DNA from: an uncultured Bacteroidales bacterium
GTDB taxonomy: Bacteria; Bacteroidota; Bacteroidia; Bacteroidales; Muribaculaceae
Direction: 5' to 3'
Assembly (NCBI GenBank): GCA_902796035.1
Contig: CADBNR010000074.1
Coordinates: 1,771 to 65,770, forward strand
DNA length: 64,000 nt
The notes beneath the pieces were generated by a model that was not told the DNA's origin, did not search any database, and was given only the letters and a program-made list of their open reading frames with translations. Position numbers and translations under genes: made by a program. The first letter of the stretch is position 1. Every line of letters begins with the position of its first letter. This document shows positions 34,713-43,131 of this stretch, one piece after another.

Positions 34713-35642
34713 ATGAAAGGAAGAATTATCCTGATATTGACAGTGGCGTTGAGCGCGGTATCGTCCGTGTTCGCGGAGGTGGTTCCGCAGAAGCAGGCGA
34801 TGCAGCTGGCGCATAATTTCTTCAACACCATGTACGGCACCGTGACGGACAGGCCGAAACTGGTGTGGAACGGCCGCGAGCTGACCACCAACCGCCTGTT
34901 CACGCCCTTCTACACCTACAATAGTCCCAAGGGCGGGTATGTGACCATATCCGCTGATTCCAAGGCATATCCGGTGCTTTCGTACAGTAAGACGAATACA
35001 TTCGACAAGGCACGGCTCGGCGACGACGAACGCGACCAGTTCCAACGCTATGCCCGCGAGATAGAGCTGATTCGCTATGACAGCCGGATACCTGTGGCCG
35101 CTAAAACGGCATGGGAAAATATTCCGAAGTATTTCACCGATGTAATCAACAATCCCTACGCCACCGTGGAGTTCCGCCGGCTTACGGACGATGCCCGCGA
35201 CCGGCTTGAGACCATAGACCGGCGCAACGCATGGGTGATGATGCCCACGGCCGTGGAGTTCGACCTGTACGATCCGGAGCAGTACCGCGACTATACGCTG
35301 GACGATGTGCTAATGGCCGAGGAAGTGCCCTTTCAGTTCTACGAAGATTTCCTGGCCGAAATGGCCGAGGAGGAACGGGCCAAGGCTGCGGCTTACGACC
35401 GGATACTGACGCCCGACGACGCCATTTTACAACGTAGCGGAGGCAGTCACTATACGGTATTGTTGCCTGACGAGGCGGCGATGTCGCAGGTCTTTGCCGT
35501 GAACGGCACGCGGATGCAGCGTAAGACGTATCGAGGCACCAACAGAATGGAAATTGACCTGAGCGGTATGGCTTCGGGTTATTATATAATATTGGCTATG
35601 TCGCAGAACGGCGACATATATGCATTCAAGGTTTACAGATAG
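34713..35642 (+). CDS. Secreted protein with an N-terminal Spi-protease-inhibitor/C10-prodomain-like region and a T9SS C-terminal sorting domain, but no protease domain
   Basis: 309 aa. Signal peptide ...SSVFAEV. AMQLAHNFFNT...FYTYNSPKGGYVTISADSKAYPVLSYS resembles the Spi_Prtas-inh prodomain of C10 peptidases. The C-terminal ...MEIDLSGMASGYYIILAMSQNGDIYAFKVYR matches the Por_Secre_tail pattern. Confidence 0.7.
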   Translation: MKGRIILILTVALSAVSSVFAEVVPQKQAMQLAHNFFNTMYGTVTDRPKLVWNGRELTTNRLFTPFYTYNSPKGGYVTISADSKAYPVLSYSKTNTFDKARLGDDERDQFQRYAREIELIRYDSRIPVAAKTAWENIPKYFTDVINNPYATVEFRRLTDDARDRLETIDRRNAWVMMPTAVEFDLYDPEQYRDYTLDDVLMAEEVPFQFYEDFLAEMAEEERAKAAAYDRILTPDDAILQRSGGSHYTVLLPDEAAMSQVFAVNGTRMQRKTYRGTNRMEIDLSGMASGYYIILAMSQNGDIYAFKVYR

Positions 35643-35644
35643 TT

Positions 35645-35920
35645 ATGAAACTGAAGGATTCGAAGATAATGGCGTGGTGCGCCATGGTGTTGGTGATAGC
35701 CGTGACGGTGATGACAGGCCTGTTGCGCACTGAATGGTGGACGTACATACCGGTGTTTTTCGCCTTCATGATGTCGTTTTTCCACCTGATGGCGGTGTAT
35801 ATGCGTCGCATACCGCAGATGTCGCGCACGCTTGACGTGTGGGCGCTGGCGTTCGGAGTGCTGATGATTGTCGGCATCATCGGCGTCTATGCCGCCGAAT
35901 CGGCGATCTTCGACCTGTAA
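35645..35920 (+). CDS. Hypothetical small membrane protein (91 aa, 3 TM)
   Basis: It starts 3 nt after the preceding stop codon. It is hydrophobic, and no family was recognised. Confidence 0.4.
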   Translation: MKLKDSKIMAWCAMVLVIAVTVMTGLLRTEWWTYIPVFFAFMMSFFHLMAVYMRRIPQMSRTLDVWALAFGVLMIVGIIGVYAAESAIFDL

Positions 35921-36514
35921 TCAATCTACGGCTTCGCGAATCACTACCGGTTCATTGCCGGTGCAGTCTATGATGGCCGACTGGCGTATCTGTCCCGGTT
36001 CGCCTTCAACCATCAAGTCTATCGTCTTGTCGTAGGTCTCGGCTATCAGTTCGGGATTGACGGCATAATCCTCGTCTTCATATTGGATGGTGGTCGTCAG
36101 TAACGGACGGCCCAAAGTCTCTACAATGCTGAGCGCGATGGGGTTGTCAGGGATACGGACGCCTACCACCTTACGGTTCTTGAACGCTTTGGGAAGGCTA
36201 GAAACCGTACGGAACAGAAGCGTCACCGGCCCCGGCGTCTGTTCCTTAAGTATCTTGAATCCGGTGTTGTCTATGCGTGCATAGTCGGATGCCATCCGTA
36301 TGTCAGAGCAGAGGATTGAAAGGTTGGTCTTGTCCGGATTAATGTTCTTCAGGCGGCATATACGTTCGATGGACTTAATGTTAATGGCGTCGCACACCAA
36401 CGCATACATCGTATCCGTGGGTATGATTGCTGTCTGACCGTCGTCCAGAATCGCAGCGATTTCCCGCAGCTGATTGTCTGACGGCTTCTCATTCCATATC
36501 TTGATGGTATTCAT
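35921..36514 (-). CDS. L-threonylcarbamoyladenylate synthase (TsaC/YrdC family), paralogue 2
   Basis: 197 aa. AIIPTDTMYALVCDAINIKSIERICRLKNINPDKTNLSILCSD is a YrdC signature. It is clearly diverged from the copy at 11871-12467. Confidence 0.85.
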   Translation of the reverse strand: MNTIKIWNEKPSDNQLREIAAILDDGQTAIIPTDTMYALVCDAINIKSIERICRLKNINPDKTNLSILCSDIRMASDYARIDNTGFKILKEQTPGPVTLLFRTVSSLPKAFKNRKVVGVRIPDNPIALSIVETLGRPLLTTTIQYEDEDYAVNPELIAETYDKTIDLMVEGEPGQIRQSAIIDCTGNEPVVIREAVD

Positions 36515-36548
36515 GGCCTTAGATAATTATATTGCGCATCTGAAAGAG

Positions 36549-37085
36549 CTATTTTTTGTAATACATCAGATCAAAATACATAGCGAGGGTTGTATCGTTT
36601 TCGTCTTTATTCGATAAAGAGTGAAAACCGCATTTTTCATAGAATGGAACGGCTTGAGAATAGGCGTCCACTGTTATAAAGCGACAGCCACTCAAATTCA
36701 TGCGCGAGAAAATCATCTTGATTTGGAGCAATACCATCCGGCCGATATTCTGATGTGCATATTCTTTTGATACACCCAATCTACCGATTTTTACTGCAGG
36801 ATACGCATGATGACGTTTATTGTTGGGAATATTGCGATTAAGCTTATTCCATTTTGATTTTTCTCCCGGATTTAGTTCTATTTTATCATTTAAAAGACAA
36901 TAATAGGCAACAGTCTTTTGCGCTTGACTATCTTCAAGAAGATATGTGACAGCCAGCATTTCATTCAGGTATTTTTTAGCGTCATCAAATAAAAAACCGT
37001 TTAAATCGGGATCTCCACAATCAAACGGTTTTATATCGGTGTCAGCCTCTATTTGCCGGAAAGTAAAATCATTGAAATTTGACAT
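36549..37085 (-). CDS. GNAT-family N-acetyltransferase of the type II toxin class (TacT/AtaT/KacT-like)
   Basis: 178 aa, visibly AT-rich. Contains KPFDCGDPDLNGFLFDDAKKYL...VTYLL..., YPAVKIGRLGVSKEYAHQNIGRMVL (acetyl-CoA site) and AVPFYEKCGF. It is tightly coupled to an upstream small ORF. Confidence 0.75.
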   Translation of the reverse strand: MSNFNDFTFRQIEADTDIKPFDCGDPDLNGFLFDDAKKYLNEMLAVTYLLEDSQAQKTVAYYCLLNDKIELNPGEKSKWNKLNRNIPNNKRHHAYPAVKIGRLGVSKEYAHQNIGRMVLLQIKMIFSRMNLSGCRFITVDAYSQAVPFYEKCGFHSLSNKDENDTTLAMYFDLMYYKK

Positions 37086-37087
37086 GA

Positions 37088-37246
37088 TTACATCGGGAAT
37101 GTGCTGATGGACTTGAATGCTTCGTAAGCACGGCGTGCTTCTTCGATTTCTTTGGAAGAGGCACGACCAACGTTTGCCATTCTCTCTTCGAAAAGCCTTG
37201 CATCTTCACCTGTCAATGCCGGAGTTTCTTTTATCGGTCTTGCCAT
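37088..37246 (-). CDS. 52-aa antitoxin-like small protein (possible minimal ribbon-helix-helix), not recognisably DUF1778
   Basis: Below the ORF-track cut-off. My translation is MARPIKETPALTGEDARLFEERMANVGRASSKEIEEARRAYEAFKSISTFPM*. Its stop lies 2 nt before the GNAT ATG, and it has its own -7 box upstream. Confidence 0.6.
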   Translation of the reverse strand: MARPIKETPALTGEDARLFEERMANVGRASSKEIEEARRAYEAFKSISTFPM

Positions 37247-37283
37247 AATATTCAATTTTTGAGTTCTAAGACTATGATAGTTG

Positions 37284-37291
37284 CAAAGTTA
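37284..37291 (-). promoter_or_regulatory. -7 promoter box TAACTTTG (minus strand) for the small-ORF/GNAT pair
   Basis: The reverse complement of caaagtta, 37 nt upstream of the 37246 ATG. Confidence 0.5.
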
Positions 37292-37408
37292 ATGAAAATA
37301 TTTATAATTGCCAAATATTAACGCGCTATGATACAAATTGTTTTATTTGAATTTGATTTCGGAACATCCGGATTATTCCAATTTCTTTGTCATGTCGGTA
37401 AAAAGAAG

Positions 37409-37416
37409 TAATTTTG
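37409..37416 (+). promoter_or_regulatory. -7 promoter box TAATTTTG (AGTAATTTTGCAGT) for mtnN and the downstream plus-strand gene array
   Basis: Matches TAnnTTTG, 26 nt upstream of the mtnN ATG. Confidence 0.5.
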
Positions 37417-37442
37417 CAGTATATATTAGATTGTAAAAGAAG

Positions 37443-38129
37443 ATGAGGATACTGATAGTGGCGGCAATGGATAAGGAAAAGACGTTGCTGCTGAATCTGA
37501 TGAAGGAATATACCACGGAGGATTGCATGGGCATATCCGTGAATCGCGGCGAAATAAGGGGCCATGACATATTGCTGGCCAAATGCGGCATCGGCAAAGT
37601 CAATTCCGCCCTCGTGACGGCAAAACTGATAGATAGGTATAAGCCGGAACTGGTTATCAACAGCGGCGTGGCCGGCGGCGCGGACGCGTCCGTGAAGGTC
37701 GGGACTGTATTGGCCGTTGACGGCGCCGGATACCATGATGTTTGGTGCGGGCCCGGTACTCAGCCGGGCAAGGCCGACGGTTTCCCGTTGCTGTTCCGTC
37801 CGTACGAGAAAGGAATGGAAATCATCAAGACGCTGCAAGACGAGGGCGAGCGGATACAGACCGGCATCATAGCCACAGGCGATAAATTCATTACCACACC
37901 TGAGGAAATCGCCGCCATCAAGGCCGTTTATCCCGAGGCCAAGGCGTGCGACATGGAGTCCGCCTCGATAGCCCAGGCGTGCGCATGGGCCAAGGTGCCG
38001 TTCATGGTTATCCGCGTGGTGAGCGACACCCCCGGAGCCGCCGACAACCTGTCGCAATACCGGAACTTCTGGTCGGAGGCTCCCGAAAAGACATTTCACG
38101 TACTGAACCAACTGCTGGAACGGCTGTAA
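37443..38129 (+). CDS. mtnN: 5'-methylthioadenosine/S-adenosylhomocysteine nucleosidase
   Basis: 228 aa. MRILIVAAMDKE..., CGIGKVNSALVTAKLI and INSGVAGG motifs. Confidence 0.92.
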   Translation: MRILIVAAMDKEKTLLLNLMKEYTTEDCMGISVNRGEIRGHDILLAKCGIGKVNSALVTAKLIDRYKPELVINSGVAGGADASVKVGTVLAVDGAGYHDVWCGPGTQPGKADGFPLLFRPYEKGMEIIKTLQDEGERIQTGIIATGDKFITTPEEIAAIKAVYPEAKACDMESASIAQACAWAKVPFMVIRVVSDTPGAADNLSQYRNFWSEAPEKTFHVLNQLLERL

Positions 38130-38145
38130 CTGGAGGCAATATACC

Positions 38146-39108
38146 ATGAGGATAGCGATACATCGTCAGCAGGTCAAGAGCTCGATGTTGCCGGTGGCCA
38201 TCATAGTCGGCGCTCTGTTCTATAAATGGATAGGGTATCTGTCGTTTCTGTCACCGTATCTAATCTTCGCGATGCTGTTCGTGACTTACTGCCGGCTGAA
38301 GCCTAAGGAATTCAAGCCACACCGCAGTCAGGTGCTGGAACTTGCCATACAGCTCGGACTGGCCGCAGCCATTTATCTGGCTATCTTGCCGTTCAGTCAC
38401 ACCGTAGCGGAAGGCGTGTTCATCTGTGTGTTCATACCTACGGCCACGGCCGCGCCGGTCATCACGTCGATGCTGGGCGGCAGCATATCGTATGTGGCCA
38501 CGTATTCGCTGATTTGCAACACAGTCATAGCATTCGCAGGTTCGGCGGTATTGGCGTTAGTAGGAGATTATACCGCATTCGGGTTCTGGGAATCCACATG
38601 GTTGATTATGTGCAAGGTATTCCCGTTGCTGATACTGCCTATGGTATGCGCCTTCCTGCTACGGTATATTTGGCCGCAGGCGCACCGGGTGATCGAGAAG
38701 TCGCAGCAGCTGTCGTTCTATATGTGGGTGGTGGCGTTGATACTGATAGTAGGTAACTGCATCGGCTTTGTGATACTGCACTGGGACGAGAGTCAGCTGA
38801 TGTCGCTGATTTGGATGGTGGCAGGAGCATTGGGCGTATGCCTGCTGCAATTCGTGGTGGGCCGGAAGTTAGGCGAATATATGATGAGGAGAATGCGGAG
38901 CCGCGGCGAGACCGTAGACAAAGACCTGCGCGTAAGCTGCGCGCAGAGTCTGATGCAGAAAAACACGGTCCTGGCCATCTGGCTGGCCATGGCATACATG
39001 ACGCCGTTGGCATCCGTGGCACCCGCCGCCTACATCGCATGGCAGAACATACTGAACTCGTGGCAATTGTTTCGCCATGAGAGTGACAAAATGAAGAAAA
39101 TAGCATAA
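38146..39108 (+). CDS. Putative polytopic transporter (bile-acid:Na+ symporter/SBF-like fold suspected)
   Basis: 320 aa, about 9-10 TM. IPTATAAPVITSMLGGS resembles the BASS signature region. The family assignment is tentative. Confidence 0.5.
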   Translation: MRIAIHRQQVKSSMLPVAIIVGALFYKWIGYLSFLSPYLIFAMLFVTYCRLKPKEFKPHRSQVLELAIQLGLAAAIYLAILPFSHTVAEGVFICVFIPTATAAPVITSMLGGSISYVATYSLICNTVIAFAGSAVLALVGDYTAFGFWESTWLIMCKVFPLLILPMVCAFLLRYIWPQAHRVIEKSQQLSFYMWVVALILIVGNCIGFVILHWDESQLMSLIWMVAGALGVCLLQFVVGRKLGEYMMRRMRSRGETVDKDLRVSCAQSLMQKNTVLAIWLAMAYMTPLASVAPAAYIAWQNILNSWQLFRHESDKMKKIA

Positions 39109-39111
39109 CCA

Positions 39112-39906
39112 ATGAGTCATACAAGAGAAGAAAAACTGCAGGCGTTCGACAAGGTGCTGGACGTGCTGGAGACACTGAGGGTGAAATGTCCGTGGGACCG
39201 TAAGCAGACCAACGAGTCGCTGCGACCCAACACCATAGAGGAGACTTATGAGCTGTGCGACGCGCTGATGGCAGAGGACAACGCCAACATCTGCAAGGAA
39301 CTCGGCGACGTGCTGCTGCATGTGGTGTTCTATTCCAAGATAGGCGAGGAGAAGGAAGCCTTCGACTTTGCCGACGTGTGCACCAAGCTGACCGACAAGC
39401 TGATATACCGTCACCCGCACATATACGGCAACGTGCAGGCCGATACCGCCGAGGCCGTGATAGGCAATTGGGAGAAGCTGAAACAGAGCGAAAAGGACGG
39501 CAACAAGACAGTACTTGGCGGTGTGCCTAAGGCGTTGCCCGCCTTGATCAAGGCCGAGCGCATCCAGGAGAAGGCAGCCAACGTAGGCTTCGACTGGGAG
39601 AAGCGAGAGGACGTGTGGGCTAAGGTTAAGGAGGAAGTGTCCGAGGTCGAGGCCGAGATCGAAGGCAAGGATGCCAAAAGACTTGAGGAAGAGTTCGGCG
39701 ATCTGCTGTTTGCCGTCATCAACGCCGCCCGACTCTATGGCGTCAAGCCCGAAAACGCCCTGGAGCATACCAACCGCAAGTTCATCGACCGGTTCAACTA
39801 TATCGAGGCCGGCGCCAAGGCGCAGGGCAAGAAGGTGAGCGACCTGACGCTTGCCGAGATGGACGCGCTGTGGGACGAGTATAAGACAAAGAACGAGAAC
39901 CGATAA
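39112..39906 (+). CDS. mazG: Nucleoside triphosphate pyrophosphohydrolase MazG (tandem MazG domains)
   Basis: 264 aa. CPWDRKQT, EETYELCDAL and a second EEFGDLLF EExxD/E motif. Confidence 0.93.
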   Translation: MSHTREEKLQAFDKVLDVLETLRVKCPWDRKQTNESLRPNTIEETYELCDALMAEDNANICKELGDVLLHVVFYSKIGEEKEAFDFADVCTKLTDKLIYRHPHIYGNVQADTAEAVIGNWEKLKQSEKDGNKTVLGGVPKALPALIKAERIQEKAANVGFDWEKREDVWAKVKEEVSEVEAEIEGKDAKRLEEEFGDLLFAVINAARLYGVKPENALEHTNRKFIDRFNYIEAGAKAQGKKVSDLTLAEMDALWDEYKTKNENR

Positions 39907-39918
39907 CAGTCCGGATAT

Positions 39919-41772
39919 ATGATACTGTGCATAACCGAGAAACCGAGCGTAGGCCGTGACATAGCGCGGATATTGGGCGCCACGGCGTCGCGCGGAGGGT
40001 ATATGGAAGGCAACGGATATTGCGTGACATGGACTTTCGGCCACTTATGCACACTCAAGGATCCGGGCGACTATAACGAGGGCTGGAAACGATGGGCGCT
40101 GAGTCCGTTGCCGATGATACCGCCCAAGTTCGGCATCAAGGTGATGGACGATCCCGGCATACAGCAGCAGTTCAACGTCATAAAGAATCTGATAGGGCAG
40201 TGTGACGAGATAGTGAACTGCGGCGATGCCGGCCAGGAGGGTGAGGTGATACAACGCTGGGTGATGCAGAAGGCGGAATGCGACAAGCCCATCAAACGCC
40301 TGTGGGTCAGCTCGCTGACCGATGACGCCGTGCGCGATGGATTCCGAAACCTGCGCGAGCACAAAGAGCTGGATTCGCTCTACACCGCCGGTATTTGCAG
40401 GGCGATAGGCGACTGGATATTAGGCATAAACGCCACGCGCCTGTATTCGCTTAAGTACGGTCAGGACAGACAGATACTCTCCGTGGGGCGTGTGCAGACA
40501 CCTACACTGGCATTGGTGGTGCAGCGCCAGCAGGAGATAGAGAACTTCGTGCCCAAGGACACTTGGGAACTCAAGACCAAATACCGCGACGTGCTGTTCT
40601 CGGCTCAGGTTAAGGCATTCGATGAGGAGGCCAAGGGTCAGGCACTGTTGGAGGAGGTGAGGCAGCATACCTTCGTGGTGGAGGATATCCAGAAAAAGAA
40701 GGGTAAGGAAGCGCCACCCAAGCTGTTCGATCTGACATCCCTTCAGGTAGAGGCCAACAAGAAATACAGCATGAGCGCCGACAACACGCTGAAGACAATC
40801 CAGAGCCTTTACGAGAAGAAACTGACCACCTATCCGCGTGTCGACACAACATATCTGACCGACGATATGTATCCCAAAATAGGTGGTATCATGCGCAGCC
40901 TGAAGCCATACGCGGGATTGACGGCCGAGATATTGGGAGGAAAGATCCGCAAGAGCAAGAAGGTGTTTGACAACTCCAAAGTAACCGACCATCATGCCAT
41001 CATACCCACGGGACAATCGTTACCGCCCGACCTGTCGCTGGACGAGAAGCGGATATTCCATCTGATAGCGCAGCGGTTCATCAGCGCCTTCTATCCCGAC
41101 TGCACGTTCGAGCAGACCGTGGTGACCGGAAAGGCCGGCAAAACCGGATTCAAGACTACCGGAAAGGTGATACTCGATCCGGGATGGCGCAAGGTTTACG
41201 CCAAGGATCAGAAGAATACAAACGAACAAACGCAGGATGACGACGACCGAATCCTTCCTGAATTTGTTAAAGGAGAAAGCGGATCCCATGAACCGGTGCT
41301 GGCCAAGCGGACGTCCAAGCCTCCGAAATATTATACCGAGGGAACACTCCTCAAGGCGATGGAGACGGCGGGCTCGAACGTTGACGATGAAGAACTTCGC
41401 GAAGCGTTGAAAGCCAATGGAATAGGACGCCCTTCCACTCGCGCCGCCATCATAGAGACACTGTACAAGCGTGGTTATATCCGTCAGGAACGCAAGTCGC
41501 TACGAGCCACGGAAGCCGGCATACAGCTTATAGGACTGATCAGGGAGGAATTGCTGAAAAGTGCCAAGCTGACAGGTATATGGGAGGGTAGGCTGCGTGC
41601 GATAGAAGCCGGCAACTACAGTGCCGCGGAATTCATCGACCAGCTCAAGCAGATGATATATGAGATAACCCGCAGCGTGATGAGCGACAATTCCAACCGC
41701 CGGATCGTGGCCGAGCAGCCGACGGAGGGCAAGAAAGAGACCAGACAAAAGAAAAGCACAAAAAAGAAATAG
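39919..41772 (+). CDS. topB: Type IA DNA topoisomerase (topoisomerase III-like), short form with a Lys-rich tail
   Basis: 617 aa. Toprim N-terminus MILCITEKPSVGRDIARILGA...CVTWTFGHL and the GRPSTRAAIIETL motif. No C-terminal zinc fingers are present. Confidence 0.88.
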   Translation: MILCITEKPSVGRDIARILGATASRGGYMEGNGYCVTWTFGHLCTLKDPGDYNEGWKRWALSPLPMIPPKFGIKVMDDPGIQQQFNVIKNLIGQCDEIVNCGDAGQEGEVIQRWVMQKAECDKPIKRLWVSSLTDDAVRDGFRNLREHKELDSLYTAGICRAIGDWILGINATRLYSLKYGQDRQILSVGRVQTPTLALVVQRQQEIENFVPKDTWELKTKYRDVLFSAQVKAFDEEAKGQALLEEVRQHTFVVEDIQKKKGKEAPPKLFDLTSLQVEANKKYSMSADNTLKTIQSLYEKKLTTYPRVDTTYLTDDMYPKIGGIMRSLKPYAGLTAEILGGKIRKSKKVFDNSKVTDHHAIIPTGQSLPPDLSLDEKRIFHLIAQRFISAFYPDCTFEQTVVTGKAGKTGFKTTGKVILDPGWRKVYAKDQKNTNEQTQDDDDRILPEFVKGESGSHEPVLAKRTSKPPKYYTEGTLLKAMETAGSNVDDEELREALKANGIGRPSTRAAIIETLYKRGYIRQERKSLRATEAGIQLIGLIREELLKSAKLTGIWEGRLRAIEAGNYSAAEFIDQLKQMIYEITRSVMSDNSNRRIVAEQPTEGKKETRQKKSTKKK

Positions 41773-41775
41773 GAT

Positions 41776-41988
41776 ATGCACAGCAATTTATGGCAATATA
41801 TCGTGGTGCTCCTGATATTGGCAGGCATCGTGGTATGGATACTGGTGAATCTGTTCAGCAAAAAGCGACGCAAACGGATGAGTAATTGCTGTGGCTGTTC
41901 CCTGTCGGAAGTATGCGAAAGCAGGAAATTGGAAAAGCAGGAATGCGACGGAGGGGAGAAATGCGAATGCGAAAAGAATCCCGGCTAA
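41776..41988 (+). CDS. FeoB-associated Cys-rich membrane protein family (small, 70 aa)
   Basis: An N-terminal TM helix followed by KKRRKRMSNCCGCSLSEVC and then further C-x-C motifs. It starts 4 nt after the topB stop. No feoB is present in the window. Confidence 0.65.
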   Translation: MHSNLWQYIVVLLILAGIVVWILVNLFSKKRRKRMSNCCGCSLSEVCESRKLEKQECDGGEKCECEKNPG

Positions 41989-42055
41989 CTTATAAAAATA
42001 ATTAATAAAATTAACAGTTTATAGGAAACTACTCGTATAATTCGTGAAATATTTG

Positions 42056-42063
42056 TATATTTG
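42056..42063 (+). promoter_or_regulatory. -7 promoter box TATATTTG (GTATATTTGCGGT) for nrnA
   Basis: Matches TAnnTTTG, 9 nt before the ATG at 42073. The TTG start of the ORF-track model lies inside the box. Confidence 0.45.
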
Positions 42064-42072
42064 CGGTTTAAA

Positions 42073-43131
42073 ATGGACATGGCACTATCGAAAGTGATAC
42101 CTAACGAGACGGTCAAGAGGTTGCGCCAACTTCTTGACGGCAGTCATAATATACTGATAACCTGTCATGTACGCCCCGACGGCGATGCCATAGGCAGCAG
42201 CTTCGGCTGGTACCATACGCTGAAGGCGATGGGCAAGGACGTGAATGTGATATTGCCCGACCGTATGCCTAAGTCGCTGGAATTCCTTCCGTCGACCAAG
42301 GATGCGGTGATATACACTCAGCACAAGGAATATGCCGACCGTCTGATGTCGGAGGCCGATCTGGTGCTGTGTTGCGATTTCAACGCATGGAGCCGTCTTG
42401 GCAATCTCGGTCAGGCCATGAGCGAGAGCCCTGCCGCCAAGGTGCTGATAGACCATCATCAGAAGCCGCAGATAGAGGGAGCGCTGCAGATTTCGTATCC
42501 CGACATGTCGTCGACATGCGAGTTGGCATTCAGGCTGATATGCGATCTCGGCTGGTATCTCGACATGCCGCGCGATGCTGCTCAATGTCTGCTGACAGGC
42601 CTGATTACCGACACACAGAATTTTACCGTAAACTGCAATAATCCGGAAATTTATCAGATAATGATAAAGTTGATGGAGAAAGGCGTGGATAAGTCGGAGA
42701 TTTTGTGGGAAGCTGTCAAGCTTACCACGTATTCTGCCATGAAGCTTAACGCCTTCGCCATAGCGGAGCGCATGGAGATATTCCCCAAATACAGGGGTGC
42801 GTTGATATGTCTTACGAAAGAGGATCTTGAGCGATTCGATTACCAGAAGGGAGATACCGAAGGTCTTGTAAACGAGCCATTACGCGTACGGGGCTTGGTA
42901 TATTCGATATTCCTCCGCGAAGACGACGACTGTATAAAGGTGTCGATGCGCAGCCGCTATGACTATCCTGTCAGCGATATGTGCGAGGATCTTGGAGGTG
43001 GCGGTCACAGAATGGCGGCCGGAGCCGAATTCACAGGCACGATGGAAGAATGCCGTATGGCAATTCTGGCCGAAATGGAAAAATATGCCCGACTTGTGCC
43101 CCAAAACATTGATAAACTGGAATTGAAATGA
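42073..43131 (+). CDS. nrnA: DHH/DHHA1 phosphoesterase, bifunctional oligoribonuclease/pAp phosphatase NrnA
   Basis: I start at the ATG at 42073 (MDMALSK...). Motifs present are HVRPDGDAIGS, DHH and GGGGH. Confidence 0.88.
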   Translation: MDMALSKVIPNETVKRLRQLLDGSHNILITCHVRPDGDAIGSSFGWYHTLKAMGKDVNVILPDRMPKSLEFLPSTKDAVIYTQHKEYADRLMSEADLVLCCDFNAWSRLGNLGQAMSESPAAKVLIDHHQKPQIEGALQISYPDMSSTCELAFRLICDLGWYLDMPRDAAQCLLTGLITDTQNFTVNCNNPEIYQIMIKLMEKGVDKSEILWEAVKLTTYSAMKLNAFAIAERMEIFPKYRGALICLTKEDLERFDYQKGDTEGLVNEPLRVRGLVYSIFLREDDDCIKVSMRSRYDYPVSDMCEDLGGGGHRMAAGAEFTGTMEECRMAILAEMEKYARLVPQNIDKLELK

